A stretch of DNA of 64,000 bases, taken from Octopus vulgaris (lineage: Eukaryota). Below the pieces are notes generated by a model, which was not told the origin of the DNA, ran no database searches, and worked only from the letters and a program-made list of their open reading frames with translations. This document shows, one piece after another, positions 40,470 through 54,221 of the stretch (the first letter of the stretch is position 1; every line of letters starts with the position of its first letter). The position numbers and the translations under genes were made by a program. The DNA lies in assembly GCA_951406725.2 (NCBI GenBank), contig OX597830.1:19716001-19780000 (forward strand), given 5' to 3'.

Positions 40470-40785
40470 GAGACCCCTTCGGTCATGACTGACCATGGGG
40501 TTGCACCTAGAAAGTTACCCTCCCAGGCACAAGTCCGGGCAAGGTTGTTTATGGAAGACTAGCAGTCGCCCATGCATACCGGCCTCCCCTCTCCACGCCA
40601 CTGATGTTATCCAAGGGAAGGGCAACGGCCGACACAGCTTGGCACCTGAGACGTCGCAACTCATTTATACAGTGAGTGAACTGGAGCAACGTGAAATAAA
40701 GTGTCTTGCTCAAGAACACAACACGCAGCAAGGTCCGGGATTCGAGCTCGCAACCCCACGATCGTAAGCCCGACGCTCTAACCAC
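40470..40785 (-). mobile_element. SINE family E
   Basis: Match to 6751-7088. Confidence 0.9.
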
Positions 40786-41090
40786 TGTTAAAAGGACATT
40801 CAACGGGAGCGACAATTTGTACAGGATCATTCGTCTGCTAGAAATTGCAGCAAAACACCCTCAAATTACACGTTATTGGTTTAAAAAAGAAAACAAAAGA
40901 TGTAAGATCAGATCCTTTATTAGACAATGCTGTCTTAGAGTCACAAAAATGAGACTAGACAGTTGCAGTTGGACAACCTTTGCTCATATGTCTGTTTAAT
41001 CCATTTGCGTACCTAAAACCTGAGCCGCTCGGGTCAGCACTTGAGTTTTCCGTGTCAACAGCACGCCACTCTCTATACAGACCTACACAG

Positions 41091-41320
41091 GGCGGCGAGC
41101 TGGCAGAACCGTTAGAACGCCGGGCGAAATGCGTAGCTGTATTTCGTCTGCCGTTACGTTCTGAGTTCAAATTCCGCCGAAGTCGACTTTGTCTTTCATC
41201 CTTTCGGAGTCGATAAATTAAGTATCAGTTACGCACTGGGGGTCGATGTAATCGACTTAATTCGTTTGTCTGTCCTTGTTTGCCCCCTCTATGTTTAGCC
41301 CCTTGTGGGTAATAAAGAAA
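41091..41320 (+). mobile_element. SINE family B monomer
   Basis: TSD TATACAGACCTACACA at 41074-41089 and 41324-41339. Confidence 0.93.
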
Positions 41321-41607
41321 ACATATACAGACCTACACACCATACCTAAAAATGGCGGCGCAATAAAAGCGCCAAACAGGTCGACTGCCGAAATTGCTCC
41401 ATTCCTAGCCACGCCCATTTCGTGGAGGACAACAACAACAACAATAACAACAACAACAACATTGCACATACATAACACACACGCACAAGTAGACTTATGT
41501 ATTGAATTGCTATGTATTAGATTAGCGAAACTCAGAGTAACGGTTCTAAAAGCAATCAGAAGAGGATTAGGCGATTGAATCGATCCCAGTATTTGAGTGG
41601 CACTTCA

Positions 41608-41809
41608 CTCTTTTACTTGTTTCAGTCATTTGACTGCGGCCATGCTGGAGCACCGCCTTTAGTCGAGCAAAACGACCCCAGGACTTATTCTTTGTAAGCC
41701 TAGTACTTATTCTATCGGTCTCTTTTGCCGAACCGCTTTTTTACCGGGACGTAAACACACCACCATCGGTTGTCAAGCGATGTTGGGGGAAGCACAAACA
41801 CACACACAT

Positions 41810-41840
<31 letters not shown>

Positions 41841-42016
41841 CATACATATATACGACGGGCTTCTTTCAGTTTCCGTCTACCAAATCCACTCACAAGGCTT
41901 TGGTCGGCCCGAGGCTATAGTAGAAGACACTTGCTCAAGGTGCCTCGCAGTGGGACTGAACCCGGAACCATGTGGTTGGTAAGCAAGCTACTTACCACAC
42001 AGCCACTCCTGCACCT
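41608..42016 (-). mobile_element. SINE family A, full length
   Basis: Sequence match. Confidence 0.9.
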
Positions 42017-42355
42017 ATTTTACTTTATTTTATCACTCCCGCTTGGATGAAAGCAAAAGTTGGCCTTTCCAGCTTTTGAAACTAGAGGGAAAAGCGCCAT
42101 AGCAGATGTACTTTTGTGCGTAGTGTGTGTGTGCGCTCGCGCGCCGCGCATGTGAGTGCATTTTGCAAACAATAGCGTCGTTGATTATAGGTTTTTCAAA
42201 AGCTTAGTCACTGTTTCAATACATATCTGTCTGTCTATGGTACGGGTTTGTCTGTGTGTCTCGGACACAAAGGGTATTTTTGATCGCACTTAACGGCTTT
42301 TTTGGTTCCCGCACCGATGTGTCTATCTTTCTCCGACAACACCCATAACCCACCC

Positions 42356-42406
<51 letters not shown>

Positions 42407-42489
42407 TAGATAGATCGTCATGTTGATTCGCTAGCTTCTGCACGCATTTTTTTCTCTCCTTGTTTCTTTCCGTGTTTCTTTTCTGTGTA

Positions 42490-42527
42490 TCTTTCTGTTG
42501 AAGAGCGTAGGCTCGAAACGTAAAAGA
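42490..42527 (+). ncRNA. Minimal hammerhead motif with core mutation (CUGUUGA)
   Basis: UCUUU-CUGUUGA-A-GAGC(GUAG)GCUC-GAAA-CG-UA^AAAGA; stems I and II pair perfectly. Confidence 0.65.
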
Positions 42528-42740
42528 CTTGTTTTATTTATATTCCTGAGCGCCATACTAATACAATTGTTTGTTTGTATTCCACCTGCCTTCGTCTTTT
42601 GTTTATTTTCATAAAGCTTCCCGTTATATATATTTATAAAATTAATCCAAACATGAAAATACAAAGAGAAAACACAACAACGCGAGGACGTGGAACAAAT
42701 ATAGTATTATTGGACGCTCAGGAAAGGAAATGAAAGGAGG

Positions 42741-42775
42741 GTTTTACGTTTCGAGCGGAGTTTTTCGGCAGAAAC
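42741..42775 (-). ncRNA. Degenerate minimal hammerhead motif
   Basis: GUUU-CUGCCGA-AAAACUCCGCUC-GAAA-CG-UA^AAAC; stem I differs from the other copies but still pairs (GUUU/AAAC). Confidence 0.5.
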
Positions 42776-42847
42776 ATAGGAAAAGGAAAGATCCAGAGAA
42801 GGGAAGACAGAGGAAAAAAATCGCCAATGGTACACACGCGGTCACAT

Positions 42848-42921
<74 letters not shown>

Positions 42922-42922
<1 letters not shown>

Positions 42923-43027
42923 GGACTTATTCTTTGTAAGCCTAGTATTTATTCTATCGGTCTCTTTTGCCGAACCTCAAAGTTACGGGGACGTAAACTC
43001 ACCAGCATCAAGCGATGTTGTGGACGG

Positions 43028-43059
<32 letters not shown>

Positions 43060-43060
43060 A

Positions 43061-43100
<40 letters not shown>

Positions 43101-43264
43101 TACAACGGGCTTCTTTCAGTTTCCGTCTACCAAATTCACTTACAAGGCTTTGGTCGGCCCGGTGCTATAGTAGAAGACACTTGCCGAAGGTGTGACGCTG
43201 TAGGACTGAACCCGGAACCATGTGGTTGGTAAGGAAGCTACTTACCAGACAGCCACTCGTGCGC
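42922..43264 (-). mobile_element. SINE family A
   Basis: Sequence match. Confidence 0.88.
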
Positions 43265-43271
43265 ATATATA

Positions 43272-43306
<35 letters not shown>

Positions 43307-44091
43307 CTATGTATCTGTGTGTGCGCAGGGTTACAGACACATGTACATAAATAAATAAATACATACATACATACATACATACATACATACATACATACAT
43401 TCATACATACATACATAAATACATACATACGTACGTACGTACATACATACATACATACATACATACGTACGTACGTACATACATACATACATACATACAT
43501 ACATACATACGTACATACATACATACGTACATACATACATACATGCATGCATACATACATACATACATACATACATACATACATACATACATACATACAC
43601 GCATACATACATACATACATACATACATACGTACGTACATACATACATACATACATACATACATACATACATACATACATACATACATACATACATACAG
43701 GAAGGGGCTGTCGCAGCGTTTGTATTGCGAAATTTATGTCAAGAAGCCTTGGTCAGTCCTAACTTAAATATGGTCAGTAGCTCAAATTGATGTACAGTGG
43801 ATCGAATCCGGTCCACGTTGTTTAACTACGCCTACACACCGCCTCTCTCCCCCTCCGCCACGCACACCACATGCACAGATACATACACTAATGCACTAAA
43901 ATCCATTGCTGACGGTGGTTAACATGCGTTTTTCGTGCGTGCGTGTGTTCGTGTTTGCGCATGTGCACCGTCGCACGCCTGTGAAGTTGAAAATATGCGT
44001 CTGTATCCCTGTACAAGTGGATACATAAATTTGTGCAAGTATGTGTGTGTGTGTGTGTGCGTGTGTATAAATACATACATATTCTGTTTTT

Positions 44092-44474
44092 TTTCTTTCA
44101 TTTGTTTCAGCCATTTGACTGCGGCCATGCTGGAGCACTTCTTTTAGTCGAGTAAATCGCCCCCCTCCCCCCAAGACTTATTCTTTGTAAGCCTAGTATT
44201 TTTTCTATCGGTCAATGACCGAACCGCTAGGTGACGGGGACGTAAACACACCAGCATTGGTTGTCAAGCGATTTTGGGGGCACAACCATATACATATATA
44301 TATATATATATATACATATATACGACGGGCTTCTTTCAGTTTCCGTCTACCAAATCCACTCACAAGGCTTTGGTCGGCCCGAGGCTATAGTAGGAGACAC
44401 TTGCCCAAGGTGCCACGCAGTGGGACTGAACTCGGAACCATGTGGTTGGTAGACAAGCTACTTACCACACAGCC
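44092..44474 (-). mobile_element. SINE family A
   Basis: Sequence match. Confidence 0.88.
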
Positions 44475-44580
<106 letters not shown>

Positions 44581-45329
44581 ACGCGTATATGTATATTTAT
44601 TAGCACATTTATGTCTGTATACATACACCTCCACACACATATACGCTCTCGCACACGTTCACTCTCTCTCTCTCTCTCTCTCACGTACACACACGCACAC
44701 ACACGCACACACGCACACGCACGCACACACACACACACACACACACACGCGCGCGCCTGTTTTTCTCGTTGAATGTACAGAACTTGTAAGTCCGCCTTCT
44801 TCGTCTCCACCACCCGTTCGATGGAATCAGCTGAAAAATACCTGGGCACTTGTTTAAGGGTTTTCCCCAGGCCTTGCCATCACTTTTGCCGGGTCCCGTA
44901 TGGCCTGATTGTTCCTCACCTTCTTTTTTTCCTAACTATCCGGTAACCATCTCCGATACTCAGTGGGACTCTAGAATCCGAAAGTCCTGGTCTGGGACCT
45001 TTGTTATCAATCTCTCAAACGGACGAAATGCATAGTCGACGTCAGAAGGATTCGAAATCGGAGCGTATAGATCCGGGGGTCCATATACCGCAAAATATTG
45101 CATTCAGCAGACGCTCGAATGACCCTAATAATGACACTGTGCGGTGCGTGTCCGAGCGAGCATCTGTGTATGTGTGTGCATGTGCGTGTATACGTGTGTG
45201 TATGTACTTATGCGTCTATGCTTGTGTCAAGCTGTTCCGATATAAACACGGTTTCATTGATAAAGCGGCGAACGGCCTCATAAACAGACGTCAAAAAAAT
45301 AAGGCAAAAACAAAACTGTAATGACGAAT

Positions 45330-45502
45330 GAGTGTATGTGCGTGTATGTATATGCGTATGTGTATGTGTGTGTTCATATTTGTGCATGTACATATGTTTG
45401 GATTTATGTGTGAGTGTATGTATGAACGTGTGTGTGTGTGTATGTGTGTGTTCATATTTGTGGATGTACATATGTTTGGATTTATGTGTGAGTGTATGAA
45501 TG

Positions 45503-45540
<38 letters not shown>

Positions 45541-45731
45541 CATATTTGTGTATGTACATATGTTTGGATTTATGTGTGAGTGTATGTATGAACATGTGTG
45601 TGTTTGTGTGTGTGTGTGTGTATGTGTGTGTGAATATAAATATGTATATATACGTATATATGTATACTTAGATGCATACATAGTTTTCTGCTTGTATACG
45701 AATATATATTTGTGTAAGCATATATGTATGA

Positions 45732-45805
<74 letters not shown>

Positions 45806-46029
45806 CTGTACATATCTGTGTGTGTTTCGGTGCATATGTGCGTGTGTATGTGTGTGTGTATGTAATTTATGAGTTGTGTCATTTGTTTGTACAAAATATT
45901 GAAATTGAATTGAATTATTAATTGTTCAGTTTATTGTTTTGCTTTCCATTTCTTATTTATATTTATATATATTTATATATGTATATATATACATATGTAT
46001 ATGCACGTATTTATACAGGTGTAAATATG

Positions 46030-46086
<57 letters not shown>

Positions 46087-46159
46087 GTTTTTGTGTCTGT
46101 GTTTGTATATATATATGCAGATGTAATTGCATGTGCGTGTATGTATGTTCCTATGCATT

Positions 46160-46190
<31 letters not shown>

Positions 46191-46605
46191 TATTGAGTCG
46201 GTTTGAAGGAAGACGGAATAAATGTAACGACGTACCTTGCTAGAATAGACCTTGCGACGTTATTGGTTCAGTGGAGCGATGCGGTGGCGGTGTAGGTGGC
46301 GTCGGAGGCGGCTTTGGCGGTGGCGATGCCGGTTGTGGTTACGTGGAGATGAGAGAATCGGTAAGAGACGAGCGGGAAGGTGAGAGGAAAGCGAGAGAGA
46401 AATTGAATGAGCGAGCGAGTGAAAGAAAGAGAGAATGAAAGCAAAGATTAATAGAGAGGGAGAGAGAGAGGGAGAGTAATTGGGAGAGAGGGAGGGATAA
46501 GGGAGAGATAGAGGTAGCTACAGTAATACTTAGAAGGGATGGTTGATTAATAAAAAGCGAGAGATATTGTTAACCACCTTGTTAGTTTGTTTGTTTGTTA
46601 AATAA

Positions 46606-46667
<62 letters not shown>

Positions 46668-47113
46668 GGATGGATGGATGGATGGATGGATAGGGAAAAG
46701 TGACAAGCCTGATGATGACAGGCGAAAAAGACAGGGAGCTATATACGTCGACGGACAGGTGCACGAATGGAGTGTATTTTAGTTATATTAATATAAACGG
46801 ATAAACAGATAGACATACATATAAGTATGTATGTATGTATGTATTTATGTGTGAATTGGATAGATAGAAAGACAAATGCACGGAAGTTTGGACAGATTAC
46901 CTTGGATATATTAATAGGCTTGGAAAAAAATTGATAGCCGGGCAAACCGGAAAGATAAATAGGGAATGATGGAGACAAATAGATGTAGGGACTGATAAAC
47001 AAATATGAGTACAGATGAATAGTGAGTTGGACAGACTGGTAAATAGGCAGATAAATAGATAGATAGATAGATAGATAGGTTGAAAGAAAAATGGGTTAGA
47101 AGTAACCGGTGAA

Positions 47114-47196
<83 letters not shown>

Positions 47197-47552
47197 TGTG
47201 GAAGGATGGATAGCTAAATTGATAGGCAGATAGATAAATAGATTGAAAGGAAAATGGTATTGGACTAACCGGCGAGACGGTAAACGATATCTGCGTTAAA
47301 CGTGAAGGAAATTTGACGCTAAACGTCGAACCGGCAACGGCGAGAGTCAACGAATAAATCAGAACTGCTATAAAGAGTTGGCTTATTCGTCAACATTCTT
47401 CACTGCTGGCGTTCATTCGTGTCGGCTGCATCCTTCCAATTTACATTGCTTTTCCCCGACACTTGACTGGCCATAACACACATCTTGCAGCGTCATTGTA
47501 CATGGGTATGGAGCGGAGCGTACTGTTTTGATATCATCCGTCCATCCGTCTG

Positions 47553-47631
<79 letters not shown>

Positions 47632-47888
47632 GTCTGTCTATCTGCCTATTTTATTTCATTTATTTATTTATTTTTTTGGGTTCCTTTCTTCCCTTCCTCT
47701 TGATCGAAAACCTACGCCACCCCCTTTTTTTTTGTTTCTTTTGTTTTTTGTTTTTTTCATCCCCCAAAAGAAAAGCTCTACCTTGTAACTTGTCCCATCT
47801 GTGTGCAGCCCTGTGTGGCCAATAAAGAAACTTATCTATCTATCTATCTATCCTTCCTCCTTGAATCTTCATCCGCGTCAGCCTTTTC

Positions 47889-47945
<57 letters not shown>

Positions 47946-48503
47946 GTCGCATTATCTAACAACTACTCCTGTTCATGTCTTCCTGTTATTGTCACCGTCT
48001 TTCGCTGCCCGTTTTTCCATCATTTATTTCTATTTACCTCCAGCCTTATCTCCTCCCTACCTCTCTAACTTTGGTTCATTATCACCACTCATATCCCTTA
48101 CATGACTGTCAGTCACACTGTTTATAATATCATTCTCCCTGTCTTTTAATCTCTCTATATCTCGGTCTATCTCTATCATTCTACCCGTCATTTCCTGAAA
48201 TTCTATTTACCTCTCTATACTTCTATAATATAACTGCTTCTCTCTCTCTCTCTTTCTCAGTCTTTTTAACTTTCTCTCTGTTTCCCTTTACCGCTCTCTC
48301 TCACTGTACATCTATCTATCAGTCTGTTTATCTGTACGTCTGTTTCATTTGTCTATCTGCCTCTGTCGATATCTCCATGTATGTCTATTTTTCTATATAT
48401 CTGATTACCTACCTGCCTCTGTTGACTTGCCCCTATCTACCTACACCTATGTATGTATGTATGTATGTATGTATGTATGTATGTATGTATGTATGTATGT
48501 ATG

Positions 48504-48580
<77 letters not shown>

Positions 48581-48697
48581 GCATACTTATCTGCCTGCCT
48601 ACCTGCCCGCTTACCTACATACCTACCTGTCTATCTGTCTGTATTTGTCTTTCTATTTTTCTATCTTTCCCCTTTCCTTTTTCTATCTCTCTTACAT

Positions 48698-48757
<60 letters not shown>

Positions 48758-49029
48758 TCATTCGTTCTTTCTTGCATTCTTTCTTTCTTTCTGTTTTTCG
48801 CTGTTTCTTTTTTTTTGTCTACCAATTTCTTTTTCTCTGCTTAATGTCTGTTCGCATGTCTGACTTTGTCTGTTTGTCTGTCTGTCTGACTTAGACTGTC
48901 TCTCTGCCTGACTTTGTCCATTTGTTTCACTGTCTATCGTTTGTCTTTTCTCTCTTTGTTTTTTTTTCTCTCACTCTTCTTTTCCTTCCTTCCTTCCTTC
49001 CTCCTTTCCTTTTTCTATCTCTCTTACAT

Positions 49030-49063
<34 letters not shown>

Positions 49064-49270
49064 TTTCTCCCTTCCCTTCTCTCTTCCTTTCTTTCTGCCT
49101 GTCTGTCTGTCGTGTCCGTCAGTCAGTTTCTCTCTCTCTGCATGTCGGTCTTTCGGTCTACCGACGCAATAACTTTCTACAATACAAAGCAATACACACA
49201 CACACACACCCTCATGCACACACACGTGCGCACACACAATCGTGCATCCATACACACACACACACATACT
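45330..49270. repeat. Microsatellite-rich region ((TG)n, (TA)n, (GATA)n, (TCTA)n, (TC)n, (TTTC)n) with short unique islands
   Basis: Direct reading. Confidence 0.9.
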
Positions 49271-49272
49271 CA

Positions 49273-49873
49273 TTAATCGAACATAAATACAAAGTTCCAA
49301 GATGCAACCGAAAATGTAGATTATGTCATATTTTTCTGGAAGACATCACACATGTGATTAGCAGCTGTCTAAAATTGTTATCAAGGTACCACCGCCCTAT
49401 GCGGCATGACGCTGTCGCAAAAACAATATACAACGACATTCGAAAAAAAAAAGACTGTCCTGGAATAAATATAGACCCCCCCCCTTAGGAATACTGCTGG
49501 AACTTTCCCCACAAAACATATGTCAAGTGTAAGCATAACAGACCGGACATTGTTGTTTGGGACAGACAAGGAAAAGTGCGTATCGTCTTAAAGACCAGTT
49601 GTCCTGCTGTTGTGAAAATCTCTTTGAAAATCCAAGAGAAAGAAGATAACTATGGACAACTGCTTCGAAGCTTCCAGCTATCATATCCGGATTTACAAAT
49701 TTACATTTATAACAATAATAAGCAGTGCAGTTGGTTTCCTGTGTCAATGCCTGATTGATAGTCTGGATAAGCTTGGATTTTCAGGAAAAGAAGTCAGCCG
49801 ATTAACTCGCGCATTACGAATACAATTCATGAAGTGGAAATATAAAAATATGCAATACTTTTCTCAAGTTTAG
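49273..49873 (+). pseudogene. 3' end of a restriction-like-endonuclease non-LTR retrotransposon (R4/Dong-like)
   Basis: CRLC...H...C zinc knuckle, RHDAVA, HNRPDIVVWD, EKEDNY; frameshifted. Confidence 0.88.
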
Positions 49874-50115
49874 TAATTGACATTACTCTTTTAGCTGTAT
49901 TCCAGCGATGGAGCTTCGTAGCTTTGTGTCTTTGTTAGAATCCAGCTCCTTCTTCAGAGGAAGAATTTAAATGATTAAAAACTGAGGGCAACACACATAC
50001 ATAGATACATACACATACATAGCAACACACAAACATACATACATGCTCAGATACATATATACATATATACATAAACACATACGTACATACACACATGAAT
50101 ACATACGTACATACA

Positions 50116-50149
<34 letters not shown>

Positions 50150-50167
50150 CATACATACATACATACA

Positions 50168-50198
<31 letters not shown>

Positions 50199-50346
50199 GT
50201 ACATGCATATATGTATATATTACACTCATACATATATACATATGTATACATACGCACATACATAAAGACATACATACACACACATGCATACAGTCATGCA
50301 TACATACACAGGTGTGAGTAAATGTATATATGAAAGTATGTTCGTG

Positions 50347-50407
<61 letters not shown>

Positions 50408-50413
50408 GTATAC

Positions 50414-50448
<35 letters not shown>

Positions 50449-50679
50449 TGTATGTGTGTGTATGTGTATGTATGTATGTATGTATGTATGTATGTATGCA
50501 TGCATGTATGTGTGTGTGTTGGTTTCAAATTTTGGCACAAGGCCAGTAATTTTGGGTGAGTGAGTGGGTTAATTCGATTTCATCGACCCATGAGTCGGCT
50601 GGTACTTATTTTACCGGCCCCGAAAAAATGAAAGGCCATACATGGACAATTGCATCGAAACCTTCTAAAAAAAAAAAGA

Positions 50680-50990
50680 CCTCGATCGGTCATGAATGAC
50701 CATGGGATTGCATCTAGAAAGGTTCCTTCTGAGGTACAAGTCTGAGCAAGGTTGTTTGTGGTAGATCAGCCGTCGCCCATGCATAACAAACCTCCCCTCT
50801 CCACGTCACCGATGTTATCCAAGGGAAAGGTCGATACAGCTTGGCGCCAGTGACATCGCAACTCATTTCTACAGATGAGTGAACTAGAACAACGCGAAAG
50901 AAAGTGTATTGCGCAAGAACGCAACAGACGGCCCGGGCCGGGAATCGAGCTCACAACCTCCCTTTGCTCTAACCACTGAACCTTGTATTT
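50680..50990 (-). mobile_element. SINE family E, diverged
   Basis: Sequence match. Confidence 0.85.
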
Positions 50991-51049
50991 TCACAAACCT
51001 CTACGTTCACGTTATAAATACACATTTATACCAATAATAATTAGTGCAT

Positions 51050-51430
51050 GGAGGCGCAATGGCCCAGTGGTTAGGGCAGCGGACTCGCGGTCATAGGATC
51101 GCAGTTTCGATTCCCAGACCGGGCGTTGTGAGTGTTTATTGAACGAAAACACCTAAAGCTCCACGAGGCTCCGGCAGGGGATGGTGGTGATCCCTGCTGT
51201 ACTCTTTCACCACAACTTTCTCTCACTCTTACTTCCTGTTTCTGTTGTACCTGTATTTCAAAGGGCCGGCCTTGTCACTCTCTGTGTCACGCTGAATATC
51301 CCCGAGAACTACGTTAAGGGTGCACGTGTCTGTGGAGTGCTCAGCCACTTACACGTCAATTTCACGAGCAGGCTGTTCCGTTGATTCGGATCAACCGGAA
51401 CCCTCATCGTCGAAACCGACGGAGTGCTTC
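51050..51430 (+). mobile_element. SINE with family D head and family C 3' domain
   Basis: TSD TAATTAGTGCAT at 51038-51049 and 51433-51444. Confidence 0.92.
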
Positions 51431-51739
51431 CTTAATTAGTGCATTTAGTTTTAATTGTTAATGCCTAAGTGACAGTCAGGAAACCCTAAGTTTTTCAGAA
51501 AAAGAAATCAACCACCTAACATGCACATTACAAATACAGTCTGTCAGAGGAACAGTAAAAATACGCAAGACTTTTCTCAAGTTCAAAGACCTGGCGTAGA
51601 TGACTTTATAGAGTTATATAGTCTTTATGAAATGCAACTTTAGCCTCTACCGAGGTATTTAACCACCACCTGGTTCTTCTCAACTGTTATTGTCCCATCC
51701 TATATGTTTAAAAGACTTTTCTATTGCCGATCTATGTAT

Positions 51740-52860
51740 GTAAATTTGCTTCGGGTGAGTATGATGAACAAATCAACGTCTTCTTTATAAAGACGTTCTT
51801 GTAACAATATTTTGAATCTCTTAAATTTATTATTGAACCTCTTTGGATCAAGGGCCCTTTTTGTCCTAAATCATACTTTGAATATTTTCAAGAATATAAC
51901 AATGTTATGTTATATTCTTGAAAAGCATAAGGAGTGTGGCAAATTATATTGAAAATAGACAAGAGCAAGGGATATCGTTTTGCTTGACACGTTCACAAAA
52001 TTTGCTCGATAACCCGAGCCGTAAAGAATTTTCCCCAGTACCTCTCTGTTAACGATATTAAAAGCTTTTGCAGAAGGTGCGCTGGCAGAATTGTTAGCAC
52101 GCCGGGCAAAATGCTTAGCGGTATTTCATCCGTCCTTACGTTTTGAGTTCAAATTCCACAAAAAACGAGTTTGCTTTTCATCCTTTCGGGATCGATGAAA
52201 TAGATACCAGTTACGTACTGGTGTCGATGCAATCGACTAATCCGCCTGCCTTCAAATTTCAGGCCCCTTTTGCATATAGTAGATAGGATATTAAAAGTCT
52301 TTGCTTAGTAAACGTAGACTTGATATAGAACCATCTGCTGCTCGATACAGTTTTCTTGAAGTTGTCTGGCTGTAGGGTACATCAGTCATATCTAAGATAT
52401 ACCTACCTGATTTAAAACCAGGTTGTTTTGTGCAGCAGAGAAGGACAGTTGTCCATCATTAATTGATTCGATAACAGTCTAGATAAAACTTTATGGCGAA
52501 AGTGGTACCACAAAAATTATCGCACACAAACTTAAATCCTATCTCTTTGTAAATTGAGACAGGAATTCCATCAATCCAGTCTTATGGTATCGGGGTTCTT
52601 ACCTAAATGTTTGTTACATCAAGCATGGCAGATAGAACTTCTTTTCCACCAGTTTGCAGTAGTTTTATTGGGATACTATCTAACCCAGTGGTTTGTCGGT
52701 ACCAATTAGCTTAATCACCAGAACTACGTCATTCTTTATAGGCTTACACTTAATACAATGATGTAAATTTTGTTGAGATAAACTATCAACACTTGCATCA
52801 TCTCCTACAAAACAATTAAAAAGGAGGCCAACAAAATGCTCTTACAAAATCAGCCGTCGC
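51740..52860 (-). pseudogene. Decayed RTE-clade LINE reverse transcriptase, interrupted by SINE B (52075-52287)
   Basis: Minus-strand GLDSIPIKLLQTGG, DWIDG, ARQLQENCIEQQMVLY, FNIVNREVL; SINE flanked by the GATATTAAAAG duplication. Confidence 0.75.
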
Positions 52861-53442
52861 TTGTTACTTTCAAGGTCTTCGAAGAACGTTGTGCAATCTT
52901 TGGATTCTAGTTGGTTTACAGGAGATCATTGTGGACCAAATACCTGGCATAGAAGACTGTGTAGAGTTATAAAGTCTTATGAAAATCAACTTGAACCATG
53001 GCTGTGGAACTTAACCACCACCCGTTTCTTCTCAACTGTTGTGTTGCCGTCTATTAAATGTTTCACTTCTATTGCCGATGTATGTATGTATGTATGTATG
53101 TATGTATGTATGTATGTATGTATGTATGTATGTATGTATGTATGTATGTTTGTATGTATATATGTATGCATGTATGTATGTATGTATACATGCTCGTACG
53201 AATGTATGTATGTATGTATGTATGTATGTATGTATGTATGTATGTATGTATACATGCTCGTACGAATGTATGTATGTATGTATGTATACTTGCTCGTACG
53301 AATGTATGTATGTATGTATGTGTTTGTGTGTGTATGTATGTACATTAATGTATATTTGTGTATTAATATATGTATGTACAACTAAGCTACTACCATCCAT
53401 TGTGGCAAAGTGTCACTGCTAATAGAATATACAGTATCATTT

Positions 53443-53838
53443 CTTTTCTACTCTAGGCACAAGGCCCGAAATTTTGGGGGAAGGGAGCCAGTCGATTAGA
53501 TCGACCCCAGTACGCAACTGATACTTAATCTATCAACATGAAAGGATGAAAGGCAAAGTTAACCTCGGCGGAATTTGAACTCAGAACGTAAAGACAGACG
53601 AAATACCTATTTCTTTACTACTCACAAGGGGCTAAACACAGAAGGGACAAACAAGGACAGACAAACGGATTAAGTCGATTATATCGACCCCAGTGCGTAA
53701 CTGGTACTTATTTAATCAACCCCGAAAGGATGAAAGGCAAAGTCGACCTCGGCGGAATTTGAACTCAGAACGTAAAGGCAGACGAAATACGGCTAGGTAT
53801 TTCGCCCGGCGTGATAACGTTTCTGCCAGTTCGCCGCT
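53443..53838 (-). mobile_element. SINE family B dimer within one TSD
   Basis: Junction GAAATACCTATTTC at 53600-53613; TSD ATATACAGTA(T/C)CATTT at 53427-53442 and 53841-53856. Confidence 0.92.
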
Positions 53839-53959
53839 TTATATACAGTACCATTTGTGAAAAAAGACCATCTGAGATAAAGAATACATTCATATCAGCA
53901 CAAGGAATCTTGGTAGAATATTAAAGTCAAAACTTCTGCTAATTGCAAACGTAACAGGT

Positions 53960-54110
53960 CTTTACGTTCTGAGTTCAAGCTCCGCCGAGGTCGACTACGC
54001 CTTTCATCCTTTCGGGGTTGATAAATTAAGTACCAGTTGCGTACTGGGGTCGATCTAATCGACTGGCCCCCTCCCCCAAAATTTTGGGCTTTATGCCTAA
54101 TGTAGAAAAC
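53960..54110 (+). mobile_element. SINE family B, 5'-truncated
   Basis: Sequence match. Confidence 0.85.
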
Positions 54111-54221
54111 AATATTTCTTTGAAAATCAATGAGAAGGGAAATATTTAAGGAAAACTGATTCGAAATCGGTAACTCACCTCTCAGATTCTACATTTACAT
54201 CCATACCTATGACCATCGGTG

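Larger units (their letters stand above)
42416..42848. mobile_element. Two related PLE-pLTR-like units in tail-to-tail orientation, TA-embedded
   Basis: TTCCTGAGCGCCATACTAATAC (+) vs GTATTATTGGACGCTCAGGAA (-); each has a hammerhead-like motif. Confidence 0.7.

Noticed and set aside
46709-46735. CTGATGA...GAAA motif (also 27244, 21224)
   Set aside because: No stem II or stem I pairing.
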